In this document: positions 1 through 33,741 of the stretch, one piece after another
Layout: each line of letters opens with the position of its first letter
Numbering within the stretch: position 1 is the first letter of the stretch
NCBI GenBank assembly: GCA_033442325.1
Contig: JAWQFM010000005.1
Coordinates: 112,320-176,319, forward strand
DNA length: 64,000 nt
DNA from: Salpingoeca rosetta
Lineage: Eukaryota > Protista > Choanoflagellata
Direction of reading: 5' to 3'
The notes under the pieces: generated by a model
What the model was told of the DNA's origin: nothing
What the model saw: only the letters and a program-made list of their open reading frames with translations
Database searches by the model: none
Program-made: the position numbers and the translations under genes

Positions 1-6283
<6,283 letters not shown>

Positions 6284-6579
6284 CTTGCTACTGTTCCAGT
6301 TGTCAACACCAGGCAGTGCGGACGGTAACTGGTGCAGTCCACCAAGTGTGCACCACGACGCAGTGGAGGAGGAGGGGAGGGGGGCGACAGGTGGAGCAGT
6401 GAGCGTGTGCGCGTGTAGTGTGGGTCGTTGCTGGTCGTGGTTTGGAGGGAGGACAACACCCACAACAGCACACGTATGGGTGATGATGACTCATCAATGA
6501 CGAGCGACGAGCGACGTGGACGCAACAACAACAACAGAGTGAACAGCAGCACAACACAACGCAGCAGCACACACGCGCG
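6284..6579. promoter_or_regulatory. Putative bidirectional promoter (ABCA / HAD)
   Basis: Divergent start codons about 300 bp apart; positional inference only. Confidence 0.55.
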
Positions 6580-6698
6580 ATGGCGACGACGACACGACGA
6601 GCACGTGCACTGCTCGGGGTCATCTTCGACCTTGATGGTAAGCCAGAGGGAGGCTTGTGTTTACGTGTGCATGTGCATGTGTGCATGTGTGTGTGCAT

Positions 6699-6770
<72 letters not shown>

Positions 6771-7960
6771 ATGTGGGTGTGTATGTGTGTGTGTGTGTAT
6801 GTGTCTGTGTCTGTCTGTCTGTCTATGTCTGTCTGTCTTTGCATGTGTGTGTGTCTGTGTCTGTGTCTACTTCTCCTGCTATGCTTTCTCACAAAGACAA
6901 TTCAACCTCCCCCCCCCCCACACACACATACGTGCATGCAATTACAGGAACGCTGACGCGGCCCCATGCCATCGACTTTGCACGGATGCGGGCGCGGATA
7001 GGCGTGCCGAGCTCGTACACGTCCATCCTCAAGTACGTGAACACGTTGGAGAGCGAGGAAGCCCGCACCAAGGCCCTGGACATTGTGCTGGAGGAAGAGG
7101 AGGCCGGCCTGGACCGCATGCAGCTCAACACAGGGTTTGACGCCGTCTTCAGCACCATGCGCGACCTGCAGCTGCGCGGTGCCATCTGCACCCGCAATAC
7201 GGAGAGCGCGCTCGAGCGCTTCCGCGTCGTCCTCGAACAGGAAGGCCTGACACACCATGCGTCGCTCTTCGACCCGTGGCTTGCCAGGGACGCAACCTGC
7301 CCCGCCACGGCCCAAGCGCTGCAAAACAAGCCACACCCAGACCCGGCACACGCCACCCTCCGCACCTGGGGTATGCTGCTCTGCGATGACACGGCTGGCA
7401 ACACAACCGACCCCAGCTATGAACAAAAGCAGGAGCAGCCCCAACCCCGGCACCAACTCCAACACCAACTCCAAGCAACTGGTGAAGGAACCGGTGTCCA
7501 TGATGAAGAGCCCGCAGCTACGCACGCGTTGTCATCCCGGGGCACACGAGGCGAGGGTGATGTGGTGCAGGTGCAACAACAGCACCAGCACATGTCCACA
7601 GCAACTACCACAGCCGCCAACACCATCGCAGCCACCACAACAACGACGACAACGACGACCGGAAGCACTCGTGTCGTGCAGCACAGTTTTCATCGCCAGC
7701 ACCCTGTCCTCTTCGTTGGCGACCACATTGATGACATGGTGTGCGGGCACAGCGCTGGCTGCCTCACGTGTCTGCTCACGAACGGCGAGGCGTTGAGCTG
7801 TGAACGGGTACGCGGCGTGTTGGCCAGTCCACAGCACGAGCCTGTCATCGACTTTGTTGTGGATGACGGACACGAGCTTGCGCAACTCATGCACGCGCTG
7901 CACACGGGCGACACGACGCTCCTTGACACGTTCGCACACCCACGTGACGAGCACAGATAG
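6580..7960 (+). CDS. HAD-superfamily hydrolase/phosphatase, 2 exons (6580-6637, 6948-7960)
   Basis: Motif I VIFDLDG|TL split by a GT-AG intron at 6638-6947, motif II CTRN, motif III KPHPDP, motif [10 protein letters not shown]; TAG ends at 7960. Confidence 0.92.
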
Positions 7961-8294
7961 TGGCGCTATGTGTTGTTGTTGTGTGAGGATGTGGTGTTGC
8001 CGCTGTGAGTGAGCGAGTGTGTTGTTTTGTGTGTGTGTGTGTGTGTGTGTTGTTGTTGTTGCTGTGTGTGTGCTGTTGCTGTGTGTGTGTGTGTGTGTGT
8101 TGTGTTGTGTATGTGTGCGTGTGTGTTCTTGACTGCCTGTGCCTGCTTGCTCGCCTGTGGCTTTGGTGCACCGTGAGACATGTGGCAACTGCTGTTCATT
8201 TATTCGCATATGCAAGTGAATGCTGGCCATACACATCAACGTTGTAACAATGCAACATTGCTTATTCCACACGCACACATACACACAAACAGTT

Positions 8295-8375
<81 letters not shown>

Positions 8376-8404
8376 GACACGCAAATGCAAACGCTCCCCA
8401 GCAA

Positions 8405-16791
<8,387 letters not shown>

Positions 16792-17129
16792 GGTGCTGTG
16801 CGTGGCTGCCCGCACCAGTGCGTTTGTGTCTGCGCCTGCTTGGAGTGTTGTGGTGCAGCGAGTGTGGAAATGGAGCCCACTCGCAGTCCACCAACAGCCC
16901 ACCACCACCTTTCACGACAGCAGGGTTAGCAACAGCATCCAGCGTCCAGCACCCAGCACCTAACACCCCAGCATCAACCCGAACCGCAGCACCACCACCA
17001 CACGTCGTGTGTTGCACGACCAACACCACAGCACAACAAGCAAGAGAGACACGAGTGTGACTGGTTCGCAGTTGTTGTCGTTGTTGTCTTTGTTGTTGTT
17101 GTTGTTGTTGTGGAGGAAAAAGGAGGACA
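16792..17129. promoter_or_regulatory. Putative bidirectional promoter (kinesin-3 / Hrq1)
   Basis: Divergent start codons about 340 bp apart; positional inference only. Confidence 0.55.
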
Positions 17130-17400
17130 ATGACGAAGAAGACACAGCGTGGTGCCGGCAGTGGTGGTGGTGGCGGACAGGGGAGGCGGAGGAAGAAGAA
17201 GGAGAAGGAGAAGTTGGACTTTGGGGCGTCAGGGTGGCCAGCATGGTGCCAGCAGCTGCTGAGCGTGCAAGAAAAAGTGGAGTCGGTAGCTGCGTTTCTC
17301 AATCGCCGGCATATGGTCTTGGACGCGGACGTGATTGCCCGCACGGCAGGATGTGACAAGCACGACATTGCTCGCATCGTCGCAAGTCAGTGCGCTCATG

Positions 17401-17462
<62 letters not shown>

Positions 17463-18531
17463 ATGTATGTGTGTGTCCATGTATGTGTGTGTTTATCTGT
17501 CTTGTCTGTCTTGTCTGTCTGTCTTGTCTGAATGTCAGCCTGTCTGTCTGTCTTGTCTGTCTGTCTGTCTTGTCTGAATGTGAGCCTACCTCTCTTCCAT
17601 GGCTGAGACTGGCTCTGTACGTCTCATCCCTCCCTTCCCTTCCCCCTTCCCACGTACACACACACACACGCACGATTGTTGTCATGTCTGTCAGTGTTGC
17701 CGGAGCAGCTGGAGCTGCGGTGGAAGACGACCATTGCTAACAGCGCTGACGACAGCTATGCGGGCTTCATGGGACCTCCGACATCATCCTCATCGTCCAC
17801 TACCCACCCAGCAGTGAGTGTCGTCCTGCACACGTGCACACACGCGCACAAACGTCCACAACTGGAAGCCACTGACGATGCCTCTCGCTCATCATTCACC
17901 GCCACCATCGCCACTCCCTCTTGCCCTTCCATTGCCACACCCACGTGCGCTTGCTGCAGAGGCCAACACCGCTGCAGCTGGTGCCAAAGATGAAGCGGCC
18001 GTTCACAAAAGGAAGCACCATGGCCAGGCAGCGTGCCCTTGTCACTGCAATGCACAAGCACATTGCGAACCAGCACCAAGAGTTCCTCGACGCTATCAGT
18101 GAGTGTGTGCAATGGCCGCGACCACGCGTGACCTGATGTCGACATCGACATCACCACGCACATGCATACGCAATAGACACTTGCGTGGCAGCTAGCTGAT
18201 AACACACATGCACATGTGCTCCACTCGCGTGTGCAGGTACGCTCGGGGGCAGAGATGATGATGACGCAGCGACACGGGGAGCCCCATCGGACAGCACCGC
18301 TGGTGACCTCACGTCTCCTGCTCAGTTCCACCCCGACTTTGACCTGTCTTCGCTGCCACCACCACTGCCAGCTGTTGTGGAGTCGATTGAGGAACAGGAG
18401 AAACGCGAGGCCGAGGAGAGCAAGACAGCGAGCGTGCAATACACCAACTACACGGGCGACTACAGGGCTACGCCACCAGCCCAGTTCGATCCAAAGGTGG
18501 GCGTGTGTGTGTACGTGTGTGCGTGTGTGCG

Positions 18532-18619
<88 letters not shown>

Positions 18620-19059
18620 TGTGCAAATCTGTGTGCTCGCTTACGGTGCCCTCTGCTCTGTCCGCCATTGCGACCAACAGGAGATCCTAGACCACTTGCT
18701 CCGACTTCCCCTCGCAAAGGTACGACGAGCACAGCCACTTCCACTGCATCTATTTTCTGCTGCTGCAAGCGCACACCTACCTCAATCACCACACAGTCTC
18801 ATGCACGAATCCTCACGCGACCATACAATCACCCACCACACCACCACACCATCACACCAACCCCCCTCCCAACCTTTTCCTCTCCGCACAGGGCCATTCC
18901 CTGCACGTTGAGACGCTACCTGCACGTGCACCCGTCTTTGGAGAATTGGAACGCCCTCTCCCATCTCCGCTCCAGCACACACTCGCAGACCTCGGCATTC
19001 AGCGCCTCTTCTCCCACCAGGTGGCGTGTGTATGCATGCGTGTCTGCGTACGTGTGTGT

Positions 19060-19092
<33 letters not shown>

Positions 19093-19135
19093 TGTCTGTG
19101 TGTACGTGTGTTGTCTGTCTGTGTGTGTTTGTTTG

Positions 19136-19184
<49 letters not shown>

Positions 19185-19294
19185 GTCCGTCCGTNNNNNN
19201 NNNNNNNNNNNNNNNNNNNNNNNNNNNNNNNNNNNNNNNNNNNNNNNNNNNNNNNNNNNNNNNNNNNNNNNNNNNNNNNNNNNNNNNNNNNNNN

Positions 19295-19359
<65 letters not shown>

Positions 19360-19366
19360 GTTGTTG

Positions 19367-19418
<52 letters not shown>

Positions 19419-19928
19419 GTCCGTCTGTGTCTCTGTCTGCCTGTCTGTCTTCATTCTCTGTCTGCCTGGCTGTCTGCATTCTCTGTCTCTACACATGTGA
19501 GTGCCTGCCACGTCATCAATGCGTTCATTCATCCCATCACCTATCCACACGCGTGCGTGTGATCGTGTGTGCAGGCTGAGGGCGTGAATGCAGCGCGCGA
19601 CGGCGCGCACGTGATGATCTCAACTGCCACGTCATCGGGCAAGAGCCTCGTGTATCACCTCCCGACCATGGAAGCCCTACTCTCAGACCCGCACAACACC
19701 GTCGCCCTGTACATCTTCCCAACAAAGGCGCTTGCACAGGATCAGCTGCGATCACTCCGCGAGTTTGTCGGTGCGGGGTGGCTCGGGGATGCTGTTCGCG
19801 CGGACTGCCTCGACGCTGACACACCAGCACGTGCACGAGAGGACGTCAAGAGTGCAGCCAACATCATCCTCACCAACCCTGACCTGTTACATGCCACGCT
19901 TCTCCCGCGCCACCGCGACTGGCACAGG

Positions 19929-19979
<51 letters not shown>

Positions 19980-20119
19980 GGAGGAGGAGGAGGAGGAGGA
20001 GGAGGAGGAGGAGGAGGAGAGGTGATAATGAGCGACTGGACTCAATATGATGTTCCTGCATGTTGACATTGGTGGTTCTGTGGGGACCGCATGTGGTTAC
20101 ATGTGCAACTCACACCTGC

Positions 20120-20165
<46 letters not shown>

Positions 20166-20339
20166 CTGCTTGTTTGACTGTCTCCTCATCCGTCCATCTG
20201 CTCTCTTCTCCTTGTTGGACACATGTCTGTAGGATCTTTCGGTCGCTGCGTTTTGTGGTGATTGACGAAGCGCACATGTACAGGGGCGCCTTTGGGTCCC
20301 ACGTCTCTCTCGTCATCCGAAGGTGTGGATCATCTGTCC

Positions 20340-20421
<82 letters not shown>

Positions 20422-20582
20422 CCAACACACGCACACACACCATCACATTTTCAAAGCTCTTCTATCCACTCATCTCTCACATGCCACGTGCACTTGAGGT
20501 TGCTCCAGGCTGCTTCGCATTTGCCGTCACTACGGCAACACATCTGTGCAGTTCATCTGTTCAACAGCGACACTGGTACTGA

Positions 20583-20658
<76 letters not shown>

Positions 20659-21225
20659 GCGCACATGAACACCCATGTTGCTTGGCGTTTCACACTGATG
20701 TCGCTTGAATTGCTTGAAAATGACTTGCCGTGGCGTGCCCTTCACCTAAGTACGCACACGCACACGCATGCACACGCACACACTTACGTACGCACATGCA
20801 TGCACACGCGCACACACGCATACACACGCACGCACGCACGCACGCATTCCTACCACACATATTTGCCTGTGCCCCACATGCACAGGCAAACCCCCGCCAG
20901 CACTTTGGACAGCTCATTCCGCTGATTTATCCACACCGCTCGCGCGTGTGTGTCGTCGACAACGACGGCAGCCCGTCAGGCAGTCGCGTGTTTGTGCTCT
21001 GGAACCCGGTGCGTCGTGTGGTGCATGTGGCGCCGTGTTGGATGTCAATGTGGCGTGGTACCGTGTTGTGCGGCATCGTGTCGTGTGATGGTCGTGTTGT
21101 TGATGATGATGGACGTACAACAGCCGTACGCAGCTCCTGTTACCATGCACTCATGCACTCACGTAACATCACTCTGCATGCAGATTCAAGAGCAAGAAGA
21201 CAAACCAAAGCGCAATCAGAAGGCA

Positions 21226-21303
<78 letters not shown>

Positions 21304-22289
21304 CTTAAACAACAACAGCGTTCTCATTCGGAACCCGCCGCCTCCTTCGCTGCGCATCGTCGCCCGTCCTCGAACGAATATCGCATTGGGCGACTAAGAA
21401 GCATTGGCGTGCACTCGACTGCAACGACACTGCACACAGGCAATGACAACAGCACCGTGGATGGGAGTGCTGATGTCTTTCATCCGCCAGAAATTGCAAC
21501 AGCAGCTGCATCAGCAACAGCAGAAACAACAACTTCAACACACACGGCACATGGTGCTCACGCAGCAGTTCCATGTACTGATGTACAGCGCCCTGTACCA
21601 CTGCACCCGCCCATTCTACCGTCACCACCACCTTCATCATCATCATCATCAACAACAGCATCATCATCATCATCATCAAAATCATCCTCATCATCAACGA
21701 CAGCATCAAAACCACCATCGTCACTGTTTCGGGCTGGCCAGGCGCCGCCAAGTCCCAAACGCGCGCATGTGTCGACGCCTTCAACAAGAACACGAGCGGC
21801 ACCAGCAACAGCGCAAAGCGATTCTGTTCCACCCCTGTCATCACCACCTGCATCATCATCGTCGGTGCTGTTACCACCACCGCACACCACCTCGCACGCA
21901 CGCGTACCTAGTGGCTTGAGGTTCACGAGCAGCAAGCAGCATCAGGAGGAGAACACACACTCCGGCTTTGTTGCAGCAATCGGTACTGCGCAAACAGTTT
22001 CCTTTGCGCATTTGAGCATGTATGTGTGTGCGTGCATGTGTGTGTGCGGGCATGTGTGTGTGTGTGTGTGTATGATCGCCACTGTGCAGGATTATATTTG
22101 CTGTGTGCTTCCTGCGACGCGGCAAACATTGCAAGCTCACTGCCAGCCCCCCCCCCCCGTGTGTGTGTCTGTGTCTGTGTCTGTGTGTGTGTGCGTGTGT
22201 GTGTGCATGTTTCTGTTCCGCAGAACGGGCAGCCGCGCATTTGGATGGGATTGATCCCCCACTCGACCCGCTCACTGCCATCTCTTCCC

Positions 22290-22372
<83 letters not shown>

Positions 22373-22614
22373 CGCCCGTCAACGGTGTCCACCACGTTTG
22401 GTCCGTTTACGGAACACATTGAGATTCCCACGGATGTTCACGTTCAAGCCGCCGGTGACAGCGAGCGACACATCAGCAGCGCCATTCTGCAGGCAGCGCT
22501 GATCCTCTCAGCTCTCGTCAAGCAACACGTGCGCACACTCGCCTTTGCAAAGGTTGGCACTCTTTTTGTTTTCGGCTGAATCAGTGCCGTTTCCCACACA
22601 ACAACTGCATACTC

Positions 22615-22680
<66 letters not shown>

Positions 22681-22947
22681 ATCTGCTTATCTGTGTGTGC
22701 ATGCATGCAAGATTGTTGTTTTGTGCGCGCAACATTTCACGTGAAGCTTGCATTCGCACACATTGATGTTGTGACGATGACCCACGTGGCAGGTGCGAAA
22801 AGTAACTGAGCTTGTGCTCAAGTACACGCGTCACGACCTCAAACACACGGCACCACAACTCGTCGCCCGCGTGAAATCATACAGGGCCGGGTACACCAAG
22901 GTGCGAAGGCGTGCATTGTGATACGTGTGCATCTATGCCCCTGTGTG

Positions 22948-23015
<68 letters not shown>

Positions 23016-26000
23016 GGGGAAGGGCAAACACACGTGACACGAAAAATTACAGCATTCTCTGTGCACATGTACACCATCATGTCATCCATGACACCAAGCA
23101 CAACCACCCACCTTAGAAACCGCACACACACACACACACACACTTATGCGCACGCACACTCATGCTCACCCGCGTACACGCATGCAGGAGGAACGCCGAG
23201 CGATTGAGCGGGCGCTGTTTGCTGGGAAGATCCTCGGCACAACAGCAACAAACGCGCTTGAACTTGGTGTTGACATCGGCAGCCTTGATGCAACCATTCT
23301 CCTCGGATTCCCAGGTGTGACATAGTATGCATGCGATGAGTGTGTGTTTTGGGGATTGTCTGGCCATCCCTCTGTCTGTGCCTCTACCTAGATCTCTTTG
23401 CTTTGTCTCTTTGGCTGTACGCGACCACGTCTTCTGCCAACACACACACACACGTACGCGCGCGCGCCAACGTCGCATTCTGTTGGTACAGCCTCTCACC
23501 GACATCATCACGGCCTCGTCAGGTTCGATTGCGTCAATGTGGCAGCAGGCCGGTCGGTCTGGTCGCGGGACACACGATGCGCTGACCATCCTCATCCTCT
23601 TCAACTCCCCGCTCGATCAGTACTACCACCGACACCCGACACAGCTCTTCGCTCGCAAGTAGGCGTGCTGCGTTGCAGTTTTGCGTGATGTGATGTGCTG
23701 CGTTGGCTGCAGAGCGCAATTGCAATGTCTTGGCAACGCCACTGCTGCTGTTTTCGTTCGACAACTGCGCACTCGTTTACACGCACATACAATATCTCAC
23801 ACATTCACTCGCAAATGCACACTCACACGCACACACAATATCTCACACATTCACTCGCAAATGCACACTCACACGCACACACAATATCTCGCACATTCAC
23901 TCACAAATGCAAACTCACACGCATGCACAAACTCACACATTCCCCCCTCTCACACACATTCACTCACTTCCTCCCCTCACAATCCCATCCCACCCCCACC
24001 CTCCTCCAGGTACGAGGCTGCGGTGTGCGATCCGCGAAATCCGTATGTGTTGCGCGAACACCTGGTCTGTGCAGCAGCAGAGCTGCCACTGGCACTGCTG
24101 CCAACACACATTGACACAACCACGCGTCTACTGGGCGCCGATGTTGTCGGCGAGGAGGCGTGGATGGGACCCGCACAACACCTGGAGTGAGTCGCGAGCG
24201 AGCACGGCAACGGCAGCTTTGCATAATGTCCTCTGTCAGTGCCACTGGTCTCAAACGCGCTGCTGTATGGTGTGAATAGGTGCCCGAGACCTCGGCTGTG
24301 TCAAGCCACTCTTTCCCATTATACCCTTCCCCTTACCACTCACTCCCTCTTCACACTCTGTGGCACACCCACCGTTGCCCATGTCTTTCATCAGCAATTT
24401 CATGGATCGATGCACACTCGATGAATACACACGCGCTTTCCCCGCAATGGAGGACCTGCTGCTGTTTGGCGGCACGGCACCAGCCCTCGTCCACACACTC
24501 GAGGTGGGCCGACTCGTGTGTGTGTGTGTGTGGGGGGGGGGGGGGCGGGGGTGTTTGTTATGTGTGTGAAGGATGAAGGTGTGCGAGAATGCATTGGCGA
24601 CCCTCCCTTTCCTTTCCTTCCCTTCCTATTCATCATGCCTCCCCTCCCAAACACACACACAAACACACTTGCACCCGTTTCACACGGCGCAGGACAGCGA
24701 CATTGTGCTGCAGACGCGCGAAGGATTCACCATTCGCGCAATGGACGCCCGCCCGTCCCTCACCGTTAGCTTGCGCTCTGTCGATCAGGTACTGTGTGTG
24801 CGAATGTGTGTGTGCGCGCGAATGTATGTGTATCTATCTACCTGAGTCTGTGTGCGTGTAAACAGGCAACACGCTGATGTACCTGCACAACCACATACGC
24901 GTTGCCACAAGCGCAAGCTCTCTGTGTTCCGCTCACGCCGCTGTTCTCTTTCTTCTCCTCAACCATCCATTCACGCAGGAGGCGTTTGCTGTGTATGAGA
25001 TTCCAGGCATGAAGAAGGTACACCTGCCTTCATTTTCATGGCAGTTTACTTCACCCTTCTCCATCACCGCTTGTCTGTCTGCTGTCACGCACTTACACAC
25101 GCACACACACACTCTCTCTCTCTCTCTCACACGCACTCTCACACACACTCACACACACACTCACTCACTCACTCACTCACTCACTCACTCACTCACTCAC
25201 TCACTCACTCACTCACTCACTCACTCACTCACTCACTCACTCACTCACTCACTCACTCACTCACTCACTCACTCACTCACTCACTCACTCACTCACTCAC
25301 TCACACTCACACTCACTCGCTCACGCACTCACGCACACTCACTCACTCACTCACTCACTCACTCACTCACTCACTCACTCACTCACTCACTCATTCACTC
25401 ACTCACTCACTCCCACACACACACTCCATGTGCTCATGTGCATCAGATTGATGAGGTTGGCCCGCGTCACGCCATCTTTGAGCTGTATGAAGGCGCCATA
25501 TTCTTGCATCAGGTGTGTGACATGGCCTCTTCAGCTGCGTTGTGACCGATGCAATTGTCACGCTGATTGCGTCTCTGTTGTTATTAAGTCTGTGTCAATG
25601 CACTGCATGGGTCCTGACTGTGCTTGCTCATTTGAGCGCGCCACCAATCGCCCTCTCACAACTCACGTTCTTCCCGCCCTCCTCCTTCACATGCGTCACA
25701 AAGGGTCACACATTCCTCATCACGCACTACGACCGTGACGAGCTTGTTGCCCATGCAAAACCTGTCAAGGTCGACTACTTCACGCGCCAGCGCGACTTTT
25801 CAAACATTGACGTCATCAACGTGCTCAAACGCGATCCAGAGCGAAACGCATTCTGGGGCTCCGTCCAGGTGCTCTATTGTGTCTGTGTCTGTCTGTGTCT
25901 GTCTGTGTCTGTCTGTCTGTCTGTCTGTGTCTGTCTGTCTGCTCTATTGTGTGTGTGTGTGTGTGTCTGTGTCTGTCTGTGTCTGTCTGTGTGTGTGTGT

Positions 26001-26950
26001 GTGACCGTGTACCTGGGGCCGCTTACTTGATCAGCAGCAACGCGTGTGTGCGCGCTGACTGGACATCGCGCGATTGCTCTTTCGCCCATGACAGGTGTCG
26101 GTGTCGGTGTACGGCTACCACAAGATTCGGGAGCGCACGCTTGAGTTCTTTGAAACCGTGCCGCTAGTGCTGGACCCGTGGGAGTACAAGTCGCGTGGCT
26201 GCTGGATTGACATTCATCCCAGCGTCAAGGTGTGGCATTCTGTGTACGCGGGGAGGGGTGCGTCTGTCTGTCCATTTCTGTGTTTGTGCTTGTGTGTGTT
26301 TGTGTGTGTGTTGGGTGAGTTGCATATCTTTCTGCAAGTGCGAACTCATTCACGCATGCTTGCACGTCGATCGCAACATCTGGACAGTATCGCCTGCTGG
26401 CTGAGGGCCTTGATGTGACAGCGAGCATTCACGCCGCAAACCACGTCATCAAGAACAGGTGTCTATGGCTGTGTGTTTGTGTCTACGTATCCGTGTGTTT
26501 TGCTTGCGAGGTGTTGTCCTTCACGCAAACGGCATCATGTCATCATCACCCTTCCATATCGATTGTGTTGAGGCCTCCTGAACTTCCTGTCACTTACGCA
26601 CCTCTTCCCTCCCCCTCCTCCAATATGACAGCGTGCCCGTGTATGTCCTGTGTGATCTTGGTGACATCGACTGCGAGCACTCCAGTCCACTCCAAGTGAG
26701 CATAAGTTGCTTGAGAATGCCAGAGAGCGATGGTCTCTGTGTGTGTGTGTGTGTGTCTATGCTTGTCTTCCAACGTGTCTGATGTAACTCCTTCTACCAC
26801 CACCATATCCACCACCACACTCACCCATAACACGCCTATCATCAGCTGCGGGCGCGACCACTGCGCCTGGTGCTGTACGACACGAAACCGGGCGGGATTG
26901 GCGTCTGCTTTGCAGCTTACGAGATGGTGCACCAGGTAACGAGCACAAAG

Positions 26951-26992
<42 letters not shown>

Positions 26993-27323
26993 GTGTGTGT
27001 GTGTGTAGGTGTGTGTGTGTGTGTGTGTGTGCCATTGTGTATGTGTACGTTCAAGTTACGCGATGTGCTGTGGATTGGGGATGTTCTCACAAACACTAGC
27101 GGACATGAATGGAACACACCAACACCAACATCACACACATGCACACGCACACATGCACCCATCTCACGCTGCCAGTTGTTGCGTGTTACAGATTGCGCAA
27201 ACCGCGCTTGAATTGGTGCGAGACTGTCCATGTTCATCCGGCTGCCCAGGCTGCATCCACGACTTTGCCTGCTCAGAGTACAACCAGTGTACGAGCAAGG
27301 CTGGCGCACATATTGTCCTGGAG

Positions 27324-27413
<90 letters not shown>

Positions 27414-27645
27414 GCCCCCTCTCCCTCCCTGCCAGTCTGTCTGCATCTGTGACCCGCTGTTCACCTGCCAGTCTGTCCGTCTGACACGAACTTTCTTTAC
27501 GCCCGGGTGTCATTTACAGGATATTTGCCTTCAAATGGCAAAACAAAAGTGTCAACAACAACAACAACAACAACAGCCAGCAAGCAGCGCAGGCAAAGAG
27601 GATCGAGGAGGCACGACGATGCAAAGAGGAAGCGCACACGATTAA
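17130..27645 (+). CDS. HRQ1: Hrq1/YprA-type (RecQ4-related) DEAH-box DNA helicase with C-terminal MZB/DUF1998 zinc-binding domain, multi-exon
   Basis: Q motif LFSHQ|AEGV, Walker [63 protein letters not shown]|[11 protein letters not shown]|[79 protein letters not shown] at 17130, TAA ends at 27645. Confidence 0.93.
19195..19293. other. Assembly gap (N run) within an intronic (GT)n tract
   Basis: Run of N characters flanked by GT repeats. Confidence 1.
23788..23925. repeat. Intronic minisatellite, ~46-bp unit x3
   Basis: ACAATATCTCACACATTCACTCGCAAATGCACACTCACACGCACAC in tandem; the third copy is degenerate. Confidence 0.85.
25150..25410. repeat. (CACT)n tetranucleotide array (intronic)
   Basis: Directly visible. 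Confidence 0.95.
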
Positions 27646-27894
27646 CCACAACAAACATGCACGTGAACACAACAATCACCAACACACATACACACAACAC
27701 ACAACTCTGTTGTTGAATCTCACCATAATGGAACAGAATGGACGTGAAATGTCAAGAGGAAGTGACACAGTAAACGATTACAACTCCCAAACTCACAGAG
27801 ACGTACCCACACATGCACACTCGCACACACACACACACATACACACTCTCATGCACAAAAACGCTCACAAACACGCGCGCAGAGCAGTGGCAGC

Positions 27895-33005
<5,111 letters not shown>

Positions 33006-33741
33006 GGTCCTATTGTCCTTGTCGACGATGCCTTTGCAGCGGCGTGCGAAAGCGAAAACCTCGCGACAACAAAGATCGCAACTCCGGAACAAGCAACTGG
33101 CGTTGTTTTCTTTTCCTCGCTTGCTTCCAGTCTGCTTGCTGTTACACTGTGCCTGGTCAGCTCGCCCTAATGCGATGTGGTTGTGTGTCTGTGCGTGTGG
33201 GTGGGCGTGGGCAGACAGCACGGCTTGTTGGGTGATGAGTGAGGCAGCGACACAAACAACAACTTGGCTTCTTTCCTCTTGTGCTTGTGCTTGTGGCCTG
33301 TGCGGGCTTTTGTGCGGGCTTGTTGTGTTGCTGAAAATAATTGAAAGATGAGCGATAACACTCGTTGTATTATTAGCGCATGGAATCACAAACACATAAC
33401 CAAACGTTGACCTCGCTTCTCCCACATCCTGTTGGTACAGGCCACAGCTCAATGGCTTCGTGACACTGCAATACAAATATGTAAGTGACGCTTCCCGCTC
33501 CTCCTCCTTCCAACGCAACATTTGACACCTGACACTGCACTCGTTCACGGCCCTCACCCATCATCCCACCACACCACAATATCGTCAGAAGCACCACAAC
33601 GCATGGCAACAAATCGTGAAAGAAAAGAAGAGAAGAAGCGAGGACACAGAACTCGAGAATTCAATCCAGCAGGCCAGTGTCAATTGCTCAACTGAAGCGC
33701 CATTATGGCATCCTTCTTGCAACTGCCAACGAGCAGGGCGA

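Noticed and set aside
23788-23925. CRISPR-like periodic repeats (also the 26-bp x3 repeat at ~1873-1950)
   Set aside because: Tandem units without unique spacers, located in introns, with no cas genes.
33006-33557. N-terminal 184 aa of the 1017-aa ORF
   Set aside because: The ORF opens at a non-ATG codon; the signal peptide begins at ATG 33005, so the upstream part is probably UTR/promoter.
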